Shown piece after piece: positions 8,122 through 16,954 of a DNA stretch of 27,990 bases. Location: positions 1-27,990 of IMG/VR virus record IMGVR_UViG_3300004369_000107; one strand, given 5' to 3'. The position numbers were made by a program, and so were the translations under genes. How positions within the stretch are numbered: the stretch's first letter is position 1; every line of letters starts with the position of its first letter. The DNA is from a virus. Its lineage: Duplodnaviria > Caudoviricetes. A model generated the notes under the pieces. The model was not told the origin of the DNA, did not search any database, and saw only the letters and a list, made by a program, of their open reading frames with translations.

Positions 8122-8322
8122 ATGTACGAGATATTAATTAACGAAATAGAGACACAGCGGAATCGTATACGGGTAGAGGTATACCATCGACCCCGGGAAG
8201 ACCGATACCGCATAGTTACCAGACAGCGAGGTGTGGCGATAGCTGAAGACTTCCGAGCTGATCAGTCTCTAGCTGAACAACTTGCAACGGAAATAGCTTA
8301 TGCCGATATTAAGAGCAGATAA
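8122..8322 (+). CDS. Hypothetical protein (66 aa)
   Basis: ORF track. First of a tightly overlapping run of genes up to the terminase. Confidence 0.6.
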   Translation: MYEILINEIETQRNRIRVEVYHRPREDRYRIVTRQRGVAIAEDFRADQSLAEQLATEIAYADIKSR

Positions 8323-8644
8323 ACCAAAAAACCCATCCAGACTGGAACTGGAAATGTTCCGTGGATACCTATTAAGAGAATCAATGTGTCGTTTTAGATC
8401 AGAGCCATGGGAACTCACTTTCGAGGATTTCCAGGTGCTATGGGGCCCACACTGGCATCAAAGAGGTACAGGATCTGACGAGATGTGCCTTACAAGGATC
8501 GACGACAGTCGACCATGGCGACGGGATAACTGTGCCGTAGTAACACGCAACAGTTATCTTAGGCGGGTGACCCAACGACCAAGGAACAGACGGAAAGGCC
8601 GGACTGTCAATGCTCAAGCAGTTCTATTACCTCCGAAAAATTGA
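8300..8644 (+). CDS. Putative HNH-like (beta-beta-alpha) nuclease or DNA-binding protein
   Basis: WELTFEDF..LW...W..RG.....CLTRID...PW..DN..VVTR resembles the RID....(Y/W)..(G/D)N core of small phage HNH-like proteins. No canonical catalytic His is evident. Confidence 0.5.
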   Translation: MPILRADKPKNPSRLELEMFRGYLLRESMCRFRSEPWELTFEDFQVLWGPHWHQRGTGSDEMCLTRIDDSRPWRRDNCAVVTRNSYLRRVTQRPRNRRKGRTVNAQAVLLPPKN

Positions 8645-8990
8645 CATGGAACCAAGACCAGGAGTCAGTTACGCAACCAGTTATATCCGTATGACTGACC
8701 CGGAGCGTCAGAGACTGGCAGAATGGTTAGCTGAGGAGATACGAGACATCTTTGAGGAAATTGAATCAGATCCAGCTGCACAAGCTGCTAGTGAATTGCC
8801 ACTGAGAGGTTTTCCAAGGTCGGGTAAACCTAATCGCAGTCTGTTAGACATACTCTGTGATACCGCTGAAACCATAGCGGGTCGACAGAATTCAGGACAA
8901 CCCAAAGACTTTCCACTAGCGATCATTGACCGTTGGAATCGTTTTTTCCGTGGTACCCGACGAGAGTTTTTTTTGCGGCAGAGAAGATGA
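8610..8990 (+). CDS. Hypothetical protein (126 aa)
   Basis: ORF track, overlaps both neighbours. No family recognised. Confidence 0.6.
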   Translation: MLKQFYYLRKIDMEPRPGVSYATSYIRMTDPERQRLAEWLAEEIRDIFEEIESDPAAQAASELPLRGFPRSGKPNRSLLDILCDTAETIAGRQNSGQPKDFPLAIIDRWNRFFRGTRREFFLRQRR

Positions 8991-9187
8991 TGGCGGATGA
9001 ACTCGTGGGTGATTTTGATCCATACGATTTATTGATTAATTCACATCTGGAGATCCAACAACTACAAGGGATCGCCCGTAACCATAAGCAGCATATAGAA
9101 ATGCTTAAACTAAGGGCAGATCATCAGGACCTACAGATAGCACAGTTAAGAGGAACACTAGCTAGAATAGAGGAGCAGTTACGATGA
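8987..9187 (+). CDS. Small coiled-coil protein (about 66 aa)
   Basis: ATGA-coupled start at 8987. FDPYDLL followed by heptad repeats. Confidence 0.6.
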   Translation: MMADELVGDFDPYDLLINSHLEIQQLQGIARNHKQHIEMLKLRADHQDLQIAQLRGTLARIEEQLR

Positions 9188-9579
9188 CAAGACGAGAAAG
9201 ACAAACTGAAAAACCTGCGGAGAAAACAGGTCCACGACCAAAACAGTTGGTTACCGCAGAATATACTGGTTTGCCAGTTGGTAGAGATCGAACAGTAGTA
9301 CCACCAGATGGTGTAGAAGCACTAGCTGCACTAGGTTGTAGAGACAGAGAAATAGCCAACTTCTATGGTATTGATGAGACTACCCTTAAATACAACTTCA
9401 CGGAAAACCTGGTAAAAGGACGAGAGGATTTAAAAATCAGCCTTAGACGCAGCATGTTACATAATGCTTGTAAGAACATGAATGCAGCGGTACAGATATT
9501 CCTTGCTAAGAATATACTGGGTTATAGAGATCAACCAGTGGCCGCAGAGAACACACAACCATTGCCGTGGACAGACTAA
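9184..9579 (+). CDS. terS: Terminase small subunit
   Basis: HTH-like VEALAALGC.DREIANFYGIDETTL and C-terminal N.AVQIFLAKNILG..D. Immediately upstream of TerL. Confidence 0.8.
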   Translation: MTRRERQTEKPAEKTGPRPKQLVTAEYTGLPVGRDRTVVPPDGVEALAALGCRDREIANFYGIDETTLKYNFTENLVKGREDLKISLRRSMLHNACKNMNAAVQIFLAKNILGYRDQPVAAENTQPLPWTD

Positions 9580-9580
9580 C

Positions 9581-10807
9581 ATGCTGAGTCCTGCACAGCG
9601 AACGGTAGCAACAGCGCAGGAAAGATGGCGTGTGTTGATAGCAGGTCGTAGATTTGGTAAAACACATCTTGCTATCAGAGAACTGTGTCGTTTTGCAAGC
9701 GAGTGTGATCGACTCTGTTGGTATGTTGCACCCAGTTACAGGATGGCAAGGCAGATAGTGTGGCGCCCATTAAGGCAACGACTCGAGGCGTTGAGATGGA
9801 TCGGTCGCAGCCATGAGACTGAAATGAGCATTGATCTAGTCAATGGTTCAAGGATACAGTTAAAAGGTTCAGATAACGAAGACAGTCTTAGAGGAGTTGG
9901 ATTAGACTTTGCGGTATTAGATGAGTTCGCAGACATTGCCAGCACTGCTTGGTATGAAGTACTGAGACCCACACTAAGTGATCGTCAAGGCTCAGCACTG
10001 TTTATTGGCACACCTAAAGGCATGGGTAATTGGAGTTATGACATCTACTCACATGCTGCTCGAGCAGCTGATTGGTCCAGGTTCCAATATACCACACTGG
10101 ATGGCGGTAATGTACCAGCTGAGGAAATAGAATCTGCTCGTCAGGACCTAGATGAGCGCACATTCAGACAGGAATATCTTGCTACATTTGAAAGCCATTC
10201 AGGTAAGATATATTACAATTTTGATTCCGAACACAACACAGTAGACACTCCAGAGATCACCGCAACGGAATTACATATAGGAATGGATTTTAACATTGAT
10301 CCAATGACAGCAGTTGTTGCGGTACGAGCTGGTGAAGTGTTAACTGTTGTAGATGAAATAAGGATCTTTGGTAGCAACACCGATGAAATGGCCGATGAAA
10401 TCCAGTCAAGATATCCTGGTCGTAGGATAGCGATTTATCCAGATCCTGCTGGTCATCAGCGTAAGACATCAGCTGGTGGTGCAACAGATATCACACTGTT
10501 AAGGAACAGAGGATTCCGTGTGGTAGCAGCAAGATCACACACACAGGTTAGAGACAGGATCAATGCGGTAAATGCACGATTGTGTACAGCAGCCGGCCTA
10601 AGGAGACTGTTTGTAAGCAGGACCGCTAAATATTGTATTACTGCATTAGAGAGGCAAACATATAAACCAGGTACCACACAACCAGATAAAGACCGAGGTT
10701 TTGATCATACCAATGACGCACTAGGTTACATGGTAGACGCGATTTTTCCAGTGCGTACCGACACAGCGGTGACCCCGCCAGAACGCTGGGGTCATCGAAT
10801 AGCATAA
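9581..10807 (+). CDS. terL: Terminase large subunit (408 aa from ATG 9581)
   Basis: LSPAQ adenine-binding motif, Walker A GRRFGKT, Walker B FAVLDE, IGTPKG coupling motif, FRQEYLATF, RNase H-like GMDFN and DHTNDALGY. Confidence 0.95.
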   Translation: MLSPAQRTVATAQERWRVLIAGRRFGKTHLAIRELCRFASECDRLCWYVAPSYRMARQIVWRPLRQRLEALRWIGRSHETEMSIDLVNGSRIQLKGSDNEDSLRGVGLDFAVLDEFADIASTAWYEVLRPTLSDRQGSALFIGTPKGMGNWSYDIYSHAARAADWSRFQYTTLDGGNVPAEEIESARQDLDERTFRQEYLATFESHSGKIYYNFDSEHNTVDTPEITATELHIGMDFNIDPMTAVVAVRAGEVLTVVDEIRIFGSNTDEMADEIQSRYPGRRIAIYPDPAGHQRKTSAGGATDITLLRNRGFRVVAARSHTQVRDRINAVNARLCTAAGLRRLFVSRTAKYCITALERQTYKPGTTQPDKDRGFDHTNDALGYMVDAIFPVRTDTAVTPPERWGHRIA

Positions 10808-10815
10808 GGAACAAG

Positions 10816-12267
10816 ATGGATATTTTACAAACATTATCAGAAGAGGTGAGACGATTATTACAGGGTAATCAACTACACCAAGATTATTTTCCACATTGGG
10901 AATACCTGTTAGAAAGTTATATTGGTGGTGTAGAGTACCGTAATGCAGGTCATCTTACACGCTATCAACTAGAATCTGATGGTGAATACACGAGTAGACT
11001 GCGTACAACTCCATTAGAAAATCATTGCAAAAGTGTAATTTCAGTATATAATAGTTTTATGTTCAGACAGGGTGTTCGGAGAGAATTTGGCACGATTGAA
11101 CGGTTTCCAGAACTAGAAGACTTCATTTGGGACTGTGATCACGAAGGTCGTACCATTGATCAATTCATGAAAGAAGTCAGTACCTGGATGTCGGTGTTTG
11201 GACACTGTTGGATCATAGTAAGTAAACCCAGTGTTAATGCTCTAACACTAGCAGACGAACAACAGTTAGGTGCTAGACCATATGTCAGTGTCATGACACC
11301 AATGGTAGTATTAGATTGGGATTTCCAAAGGCAACCGACGGGTCGTATTGAATTAGCGTATATTAGATATCTAGAATCAGCAACAGGTGACCTGTCAGTG
11401 GTAAAAGAATGGACACCCGTGGAGATCACGACCACTGTGGTTGACACAGGTCGAGATATGATCTCTAGCACAGTACGAGAAGTGAATCAATTAGGTCGTG
11501 TACCTGCTGTGTGTGCATATAATGGTCGCAGCATTGTTAAAGGCTTTGGTATCAGTGACATAGCTGATATCGCAGATGCACAGAGATTCATTTATAACTG
11601 CACATCAGAAGTAGAACAAGCAATCAGATTAGACTCACATCCAAGCCTGGTAAAAACTCCTGAAACACAGGCTGGAATTGGTGCAGGTAGTTTGATACAC
11701 ATGCCTGAAAATTTAGATCCAGGACTAAAACCATATCTATTAGAATTTGGTGGTGCTAGTGTAGACTCAATCTACAAGTCAATTGAACATACCATCACCG
11801 CAATAGACAAGATGGCCAATACCGGTGCAGTCCGTGCAACAGAATCTCGTTCAATGTCAGGTGTAGCAATGGAAACAGAATTCCAATTGTTAAATGCAAG
11901 GCTAAGTGAGAAAGCTGACAATCTAGAATCAGCAGAAGAACAGATGTGGACGATATGGGCAGAATATTCGGGTGCTGAATGGACTGGTACTGTCGATTAT
12001 CCAGACAGCTTTAATATCAGAGATACAGCCGGTGAGATACAGCAGTTACAAACAGCCCGTAATACCGCAACTGATCCAGCTGTTATACGACAGATAGATC
12101 GCCGGATAATGGAATGGTTAGGACCAGACCCGGACCTGGAATCGGAGGAATTTCTATACGAAATCCATGTAATGCAAGATCCTGCGTCAGGTCGACAAGA
12201 AACAGTCACAACCCTCGAAAGACATGAAGAATTACAGGCTCTTGGATGGCGGAACCTAGGCGACTAA
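10816..12267 (+). CDS. Portal protein (SPP1 gp6-like)
   Basis: 483 aa directly after TerL. Motifs ENHCKSVI, VFGHCWI, N.LGRVPAV, GISDIADIAD, SGVA.ETEFQLLNARLSEKA..LE.AE and V.YPDSF. Confidence 0.9.
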   Translation: MDILQTLSEEVRRLLQGNQLHQDYFPHWEYLLESYIGGVEYRNAGHLTRYQLESDGEYTSRLRTTPLENHCKSVISVYNSFMFRQGVRREFGTIERFPELEDFIWDCDHEGRTIDQFMKEVSTWMSVFGHCWIIVSKPSVNALTLADEQQLGARPYVSVMTPMVVLDWDFQRQPTGRIELAYIRYLESATGDLSVVKEWTPVEITTTVVDTGRDMISSTVREVNQLGRVPAVCAYNGRSIVKGFGISDIADIADAQRFIYNCTSEVEQAIRLDSHPSLVKTPETQAGIGAGSLIHMPENLDPGLKPYLLEFGGASVDSIYKSIEHTITAIDKMANTGAVRATESRSMSGVAMETEFQLLNARLSEKADNLESAEEQMWTIWAEYSGAEWTGTVDYPDSFNIRDTAGEIQQLQTARNTATDPAVIRQIDRRIMEWLGPDPDLESEEFLYEIHVMQDPASGRQETVTTLERHEELQALGWRNLGD

Positions 12268-12650
12268 CACACCGAGAATTGGCGACATATAGGAACAACA
12301 TGCGTATCCATCAGATGAATAGATGCGCATTATGCGGTGAAGAAATAGCTGACCAAGAAGCTGTATTAGATCATGACCATCACTCTGGTCGTATAAGGAG
12401 TGTACTGCATAGAGGATGCAACGCACTATTAGGTAAGATAGAAAACAATCTTGCTCGTAATCGTGTAACACCTGAGCGATTAAAACAGTTTGCAGGTCGT
12501 TTATGTGATTACATAGCGGCGGAACGGGCAGAGGTCGTACATCCCACATTTAAAAGAAAGGAGACCACATGTACGGTAAAAAGAAAAAGCGAAAAAAACC
12601 TTCGGGTAAAAAACCAGGAAAACAGCGGTGCCAGTGATCGGCACAGCTAA
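12246..12650 (+). CDS. Endonuclease VII family (T4 gp49-like junction resolvase)
   Basis: Q..RCALC.......VLDHDH.SG.IR.VLHRGCNALLGKIEN signature. Confidence 0.9.
   Translation: MAEPRRLTHRELATYRNNMRIHQMNRCALCGEEIADQEAVLDHDHHSGRIRSVLHRGCNALLGKIENNLARNRVTPERLKQFAGRLCDYIAAERAEVVHPTFKRKETTCTVKRKSEKNLRVKNQENSGASDRHS
12569..12637 (+). CDS. 22-aa Lys-rich peptide overlapping the endonuclease VII 3' end
   Basis: AAGGAG at 12558-12563, ATG 12569. Translation MYGKKKKRKKPSGKKPGKQRCQ. Confidence 0.55.
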   Translation: MYGKKKKRKKPSGKKPGKQRCQ

Positions 12651-12661
12651 AGGCTCCGGTT

Positions 12662-12865
12662 ATGGCAAGAAAAAGAAAAACTAGGAATAGATTCCAAGGG
12701 AGTCCGTGTAAAACCAATTGTGGAGGTCATCGTGCTGGATATCGTTATGCAAGATCAGGTGGTAGAACTCCTAGTCCTAGTAGTCGTAGTTTTAATCGCG
12801 GGATGGGTATCTTCTTAGGTACTTTTAATCCACGCAGTTTAGCACGGAAACAGAATCGACGATAA
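12662..12865 (+). CDS. Small very basic protein with a C-x3-C-x2-H motif
   Basis: MARKRKTRNRFQGSPCKTNCGGHRAGY...SRSFNRG. No acidic residues. Confidence 0.65.
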   Translation: MARKRKTRNRFQGSPCKTNCGGHRAGYRYARSGGRTPSPSSRSFNRGMGIFLGTFNPRSLARKQNRR

Positions 12866-12879
12866 AATTTCGATTTTTT

Positions 12880-12887
12880 TATAAATA
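12880..12887 (+). promoter_or_regulatory. Perfect T4 late promoter consensus TATAAATA upstream of the scaffold-capsid-tail operon
   Basis: TTTTTTTATAAATATATT lies 33 nt before the scaffold ATG. I see no convincing -35 element. Confidence 0.7.
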
Positions 12888-12920
12888 TATTAATAACTCT
12901 TAAAGGAGGCGAGGTTAACA

Positions 12921-13598
12921 ATGGACCAAGAAACAACATTGGCAGACAAGGAACAGGTAATTGACACCGAAGAAAAAAGTCAGGCAGCTAAGATGTTCAC
13001 ACAGGAAGAAGTAGATAATATGATGGCAAGGATGAAAGGTTCTTTGTCAAAAAAACTATTGAAGCCTTATGAAGAACTAGGTGATATTGAAGAACTACGA
13101 CAGTTGCGAACTGCTCATATCGAAAGAGAGCAGGAACAACAGATAAAGCGTGGTGAATTTGAAAAGACCTTACAAGACTTAGCAGCTCGTAAAGATGCTG
13201 AAATCTCAAAAAGAGACAGTATCATAAGAGAATATCGTATTGAAACACCAATCCTGTCAGCTGCTGCAAAGTATAATGCAGTTAATGCAGAACAGGTAAA
13301 AGCATTGCTAGCGAATCAAGTTAGACTAAATGATTCCGGTGAAGTTGAAGTTGTGGATGCTAAAGGTTCCGTAAGATATACAGATTCTGGAGAACCAATA
13401 CAGGTAGATGCTCTAGTCAAAGACTTTTTGGAAAGCAATCCACATTTTAAATTAGCTAATCCAGCTACAACTACCACACAAAGCAATGCAGTTAATCGCA
13501 CATCAGGTAAGACTGTGGATGTAACAAAATTAAATATGCGAGATCCAAAGCATCGTGAAATTTACAGTGAATACCGTCGGGCGAATGGACTAAGATAA
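12921..13598 (+). CDS. Capsid scaffolding protein
   Basis: K.FTQEEVD motif, long charged coiled coil and FLESNPHF. Directly before the capsid gene, with a strong AAGGAGG/GAGGT RBS. Confidence 0.85.
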   Translation: MDQETTLADKEQVIDTEEKSQAAKMFTQEEVDNMMARMKGSLSKKLLKPYEELGDIEELRQLRTAHIEREQEQQIKRGEFEKTLQDLAARKDAEISKRDSIIREYRIETPILSAAAKYNAVNAEQVKALLANQVRLNDSGEVEVVDAKGSVRYTDSGEPIQVDALVKDFLESNPHFKLANPATTTTQSNAVNRTSGKTVDVTKLNMRDPKHREIYSEYRRANGLR

Positions 13599-13620
13599 TT
13601 TTTAAAATTAAGGAAATAAG

Positions 13621-14475
13621 ATGGCTAACGAATCAACAACTACTAGTCTTAATGACCTTTTACCACAAATGGTCGCAGAGGCTATGTTTGTAGCGAACGA
13701 AAGAAGTATCATGCGGAATATTGTAAAAGTCTACGATATGCCAATGGGTACAGGTAAAACATTAACAGTTCCACGCTATCCAGTGCAATCAGCTGCTGGA
13801 TTGACTGAAGGAACTGATTTGTCAAACACACAAGTAACCACAGATGGTGCTACACTAACAGTTAGTGAAGTAGGAATCATGGCTACAGTAACTGATCTTG
13901 CAAGGATGACCAGTGCAAGCAATGTAATTTCAGATGTAGGTCGTGTAATTGGCGAAGCTGTTGCTAAGAAAATGGATCAAGATCTAATCGGTCTGTTCTC
14001 AGGTTTCAGTTCAGATGCAGGTGGTGACAGTACACCAATGTCAGCATCACTAATTGCAAAAGCCATTGCTACCCTAAGAGCTAATGCAGTACCAGGAGAT
14101 GATTTATTCTGCGTAATGCATCCATATGTTGCATATGACCTAAAAGCTGCAATTACTAATACTTTTGCTAATCCAGCTGCTGGTGACATGCAAAATGAAG
14201 CAATGAGATCAGGTTATGTTGGAACACTGTTTGGTGTACCAGTATTTGAAACCAGCAACATCAGCAACACTGGAACAGCTGGCGACTATGTTGGTGCTGT
14301 ATTCCACAGGAATGCTATTGGTTTGGCAATGTTACAAGATATCAAACTTGAAACACAAAGAGATGCTTCATTGAGAGCAGATGAAATTGTTGCTACAGCC
14401 GTTTATGGTTTTGGCGAACTGTATGATACCTATGGTGTAAAGATTACAGCTGACAGTTCATTGGTAAATCCGTAA
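13621..14475 (+). CDS. Major capsid protein (HK97 fold)
   Basis: GKTLTVPRY, LTEGTDL, IGEAVAKKMDQDL, VMHP...YDL, G.VGTLFGVPVFETSNI and ETQRDASLRADEIVAT..YG motifs. Confidence 0.92.
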   Translation: MANESTTTSLNDLLPQMVAEAMFVANERSIMRNIVKVYDMPMGTGKTLTVPRYPVQSAAGLTEGTDLSNTQVTTDGATLTVSEVGIMATVTDLARMTSASNVISDVGRVIGEAVAKKMDQDLIGLFSGFSSDAGGDSTPMSASLIAKAIATLRANAVPGDDLFCVMHPYVAYDLKAAITNTFANPAAGDMQNEAMRSGYVGTLFGVPVFETSNISNTGTAGDYVGAVFHRNAIGLAMLQDIKLETQRDASLRADEIVATAVYGFGELYDTYGVKITADSSLVNP

Positions 14476-14486
14476 GGAGTTGATCA

Positions 14487-14996
14487 ATGCCTTTTGTAGT
14501 TGAAAACGATACAACAATTAGTTTTGCTGAATTTTCGGATATGTTAGACCGTGACCAGCGTTTGTTTGAAGCGAATGAAGGCTTGAGTGATGACATAATT
14601 GACAACCATTTAGTGAGGGCGACGGAGCGTATTCTAGATCGGATACGCTCCACACAATGGTGGCAGGAATATTACACAGCTCGTAATACCACTGTTACCA
14701 TTAATACAAGAGCAGATATCCCAGCAGTTGATCCTGATCGCATACTGAATAGACAGAATGATTTTACTGATCTTTGTGTTTATACTGCGCTAACTGAATT
14801 TACCCTGCCATTGATAGCAGATTTTGGTCGAGAAGATTCAAGTGAAAGGAACAAGATGGGATATTACCAGCAGAAGGCTGACGGATTATTTGCAGAGTTA
14901 ATCGGTGCAGGTGATTGGTATGATTTTGATGACGATTCAGTGATCCAATCAGACGAACGACAGCCTGGTGCATTTAATCTTAAAAGGATTCGCTAA
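14487..14996 (+). CDS. Putative head-tail adaptor
   Basis: Position after the capsid gene, 169 aa, helical and acidic. Confidence 0.6.
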   Translation: MPFVVENDTTISFAEFSDMLDRDQRLFEANEGLSDDIIDNHLVRATERILDRIRSTQWWQEYYTARNTTVTINTRADIPAVDPDRILNRQNDFTDLCVYTALTEFTLPLIADFGREDSSERNKMGYYQQKADGLFAELIGAGDWYDFDDDSVIQSDERQPGAFNLKRIR

Positions 14997-15388
14997 TGCG
15001 TCAAGAAATAGTGGACTATATAGCTACACTAGGATTAGGTGGTTATTTGTTAACTGATGAAATACCTTGGTCAGCAGATAACACACCATTGTTCCTGCGT
15101 AATCTAAAGAAAATTTATGTAGATGAAACAGCAACTGCAAGTGAACCTATTATTAGAGCACTCGATGGGTTGAATGTCAATAACGAACAATCGGTCACAC
15201 GGATTTATTTTGCAAATGATGCTAAACAAATTCCACCAAACTATAGTGATGTAATCACCAGCCTAAAAACCTGCCGAGACATAACTACCATTCCAGGCAT
15301 CCAAAGCCGATCGGTAGAAGTCTCAACAAGTTTTGAGGACGATGTTTTAGTAACAGAAATAACTGTTACATTCACTAGACTAAATTAA
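14996..15388 (+). CDS. Putative tail terminator or neck protein
   Basis: 130 aa starting MRQEIVDYI, immediately before the tail tube gene. TAATG coupling. Confidence 0.55.
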   Translation: MRQEIVDYIATLGLGGYLLTDEIPWSADNTPLFLRNLKKIYVDETATASEPIIRALDGLNVNNEQSVTRIYFANDAKQIPPNYSDVITSLKTCRDITTIPGIQSRSVEVSTSFEDDVLVTEITVTFTRLN

Positions 15389-15402
15389 CATAAGGAAAAG
15401 AG

Positions 15403-15876
15403 ATGGCTTACATTTATCCAGCACCAGGTACATCAAGTAGTCAGGTAACTTTAAATATAGTTACTGTGGCAGGTACTGATACATTAGGACTTGATGTCCC
15501 TGCGTTACAAGATGTTACTATCAATAATGCGAACGATGTTTTTACATGGACGCAATTAGATAGTGGATCTAAAAAGCAAATCGCCACTACAGCTACCAAT
15601 AGTCTAAGTATGAATATTGTATTAGATCAAGATACATTCTTTGGTACTACTGTAGCAGGTGAAGATGCACAAACAGCCGGTATTTTTGGACTTAGCAAGG
15701 ACAAGACTAAAATTGAATTTACATTGTTCTTAGGTAAGGAAGATGACGGCAGCGCCGGTAAAACAGTTACTGGACAAGGTTATATTACTGGTTTAGCACC
15801 AACAGTTTCAGCTGATAGTCCTGTTTGGGTCAGCCCAATCACGATTACAGTTGACGGTGATTACACAGTAAGTTAA
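15403..15876 (+). CDS. Major tail tube protein
   Basis: 157 aa, beta-rich, with G.GYITGLAPTVSADSPVWVSPITITVDG. Followed by a terminator, then chaperone and tape measure genes. Confidence 0.8.
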   Translation: MAYIYPAPGTSSSQVTLNIVTVAGTDTLGLDVPALQDVTINNANDVFTWTQLDSGSKKQIATTATNSLSMNIVLDQDTFFGTTVAGEDAQTAGIFGLSKDKTKIEFTLFLGKEDDGSAGKTVTGQGYITGLAPTVSADSPVWVSPITITVDGDYTVS

Positions 15877-15883
15877 TAAACTG

Positions 15884-15914
15884 ACTCCAGGGCCCAGGTG
15901 CTCTGGGGTTTTTT
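15884..15914 (+). terminator. Rho-independent terminator after the tail tube gene
   Basis: ACTCCAGGGC-CCAGGT-GCTCTGGGGT followed by a T-run. Confidence 0.8.
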
Positions 15915-15930
15915 CACAAGGAACGGACAG

Positions 15931-16110
15931 ATGGATGTGATAGATTCAAAGACCTCACGAGAGATAGCTGACAGTGTGTTAGCAGAAGTTGCCAAAGCCG
16001 GTAATGAGCTTAGATGTGCTCGTAACGACATTGACAAAGCACAGAGTAGGATTAAATTCGTAACTCTACTCACACATAAATTGATTGAAAGATTGGAGAC
16101 CGAAAGATGA
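15931..16110 (+). CDS. Small coiled-coil protein (59 aa)
   Basis: AAGGA RBS, ATG 15931 (MDVIDSKTSRE...). ATGA-coupled to the chaperone gene. Confidence 0.65.
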   Translation: MDVIDSKTSREIADSVLAEVAKAGNELRCARNDIDKAQSRIKFVTLLTHKLIERLETER

Positions 16111-16433
16111 AATTAGCAGAACTCGCAACAAAACCTAAACTGATCCCTGTAAAAATTGATGACGAAGATACTGTAAAGGAATATGGTGAACCCATAGAAT
16201 TCTATATCTATGATCGCCAACCAATGGAAGTATTTTTAAAATTAGCCCAATTAGAAGGTGACACCACGAATATAAAAGAAATAACCGAAGTTGTCAGCCA
16301 AATGGTAATGGACGAGACTGGTAAAACAGTGCTCACTGAATCCGAATGTTTACCAACCACAGTGATGTTAAAGGTAATTGAAAAAACAGTTAATCACTTG
16401 GGAAACTCAGTAACCCGGACTTTGAAAAAATAA
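16107..16433 (+). CDS. Tail assembly chaperone (gpG-like)
   Basis: Lies between tube and tape measure genes and contains the slippery site G-GGA-AAC at 16400-16406. Confidence 0.8.
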   Translation: MKLAELATKPKLIPVKIDDEDTVKEYGEPIEFYIYDRQPMEVFLKLAQLEGDTTNIKEITEVVSQMVMDETGKTVLTESECLPTTVMLKVIEKTVNHLGNSVTRTLKK

Positions 16434-16672
16434 GTCCAAAACTCAGCATATGGTTAACCGTAGACTTTGTAGCAAGGAGATATTCGGTATTACCAAGCGA
16501 ACTGTTGTCACGGGGTGATTCAATTGATTTTAGGTGCGCAGATTTAGGAATCAAATACGAATCATATCTCCAGAAACGAGCGGAGTCTCGTAATGCTCAG
16601 TCGGCTACACCTCAGCCAAGCCAGGAGGAAATGCAGAGGATGATAGACCGTGTAAGAAGGAATAAAAAATGA
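16400..16672 (+). CDS. -1 frameshift extension of the tail chaperone (gpGT-like, about 188 aa in total)
   Basis: The -1 frame is open from the slippery site (..LSNPDFEKISPKLSIWLTVDFVARRYSVLPSELL...QEEMQRMIDRVRRNKK) to TGA 16670-16672, which overlaps the next ATG. Confidence 0.8.
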   Translation, partial: GKLSNPDFEKISPKLSIWLTVDFVARRYSVLPSELLSRGDSIDFRCADLGIKYESYLQKRAESRNAQSATPQPSQEEMQRMIDRVRRNKK

Positions 16673-16953
16673 AACTGCGTCTTAAAACCAGTAGGATTGA
16701 ACCAAGGATTAACCGGATGCGAGATCAACTGTCCGGTATACCCAAAGAGGCCTATGATTATTTTAAAGGTATAACTCCTCGCCGTACGGGCAATGCAAGG
16801 AGGAAGACTTATTTACAAGGTCAAACGATTAAAGCTGATTATCCATATGCTCAGAGGCTAGATAAAGGTTGGAGTAAACAAGCACCGGAAGGAATGAGCC
16901 AACCTACCATTGAGTTTATCCGTGATCGGGTAGCAGCGACGGTAGGAAACTGA
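16669..16953 (+). CDS. HK97 gp10-like tail completion or neck protein
   Basis: TPRRTGNARR...YPYAQRLDKGWSKQAPEGM motif. Confidence 0.8.
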   Translation: MKLRLKTSRIEPRINRMRDQLSGIPKEAYDYFKGITPRRTGNARRKTYLQGQTIKADYPYAQRLDKGWSKQAPEGMSQPTIEFIRDRVAATVGN

Positions 16954-16954
16954 T

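Noticed and set aside
9482-9580. Extended TerL N-terminus (and extended starts at 5509, 7620, 8933, 15898)
   Set aside because: These overlap upstream genes or a terminator. Downstream ATGs with an RBS or stop-start coupling are more plausible.
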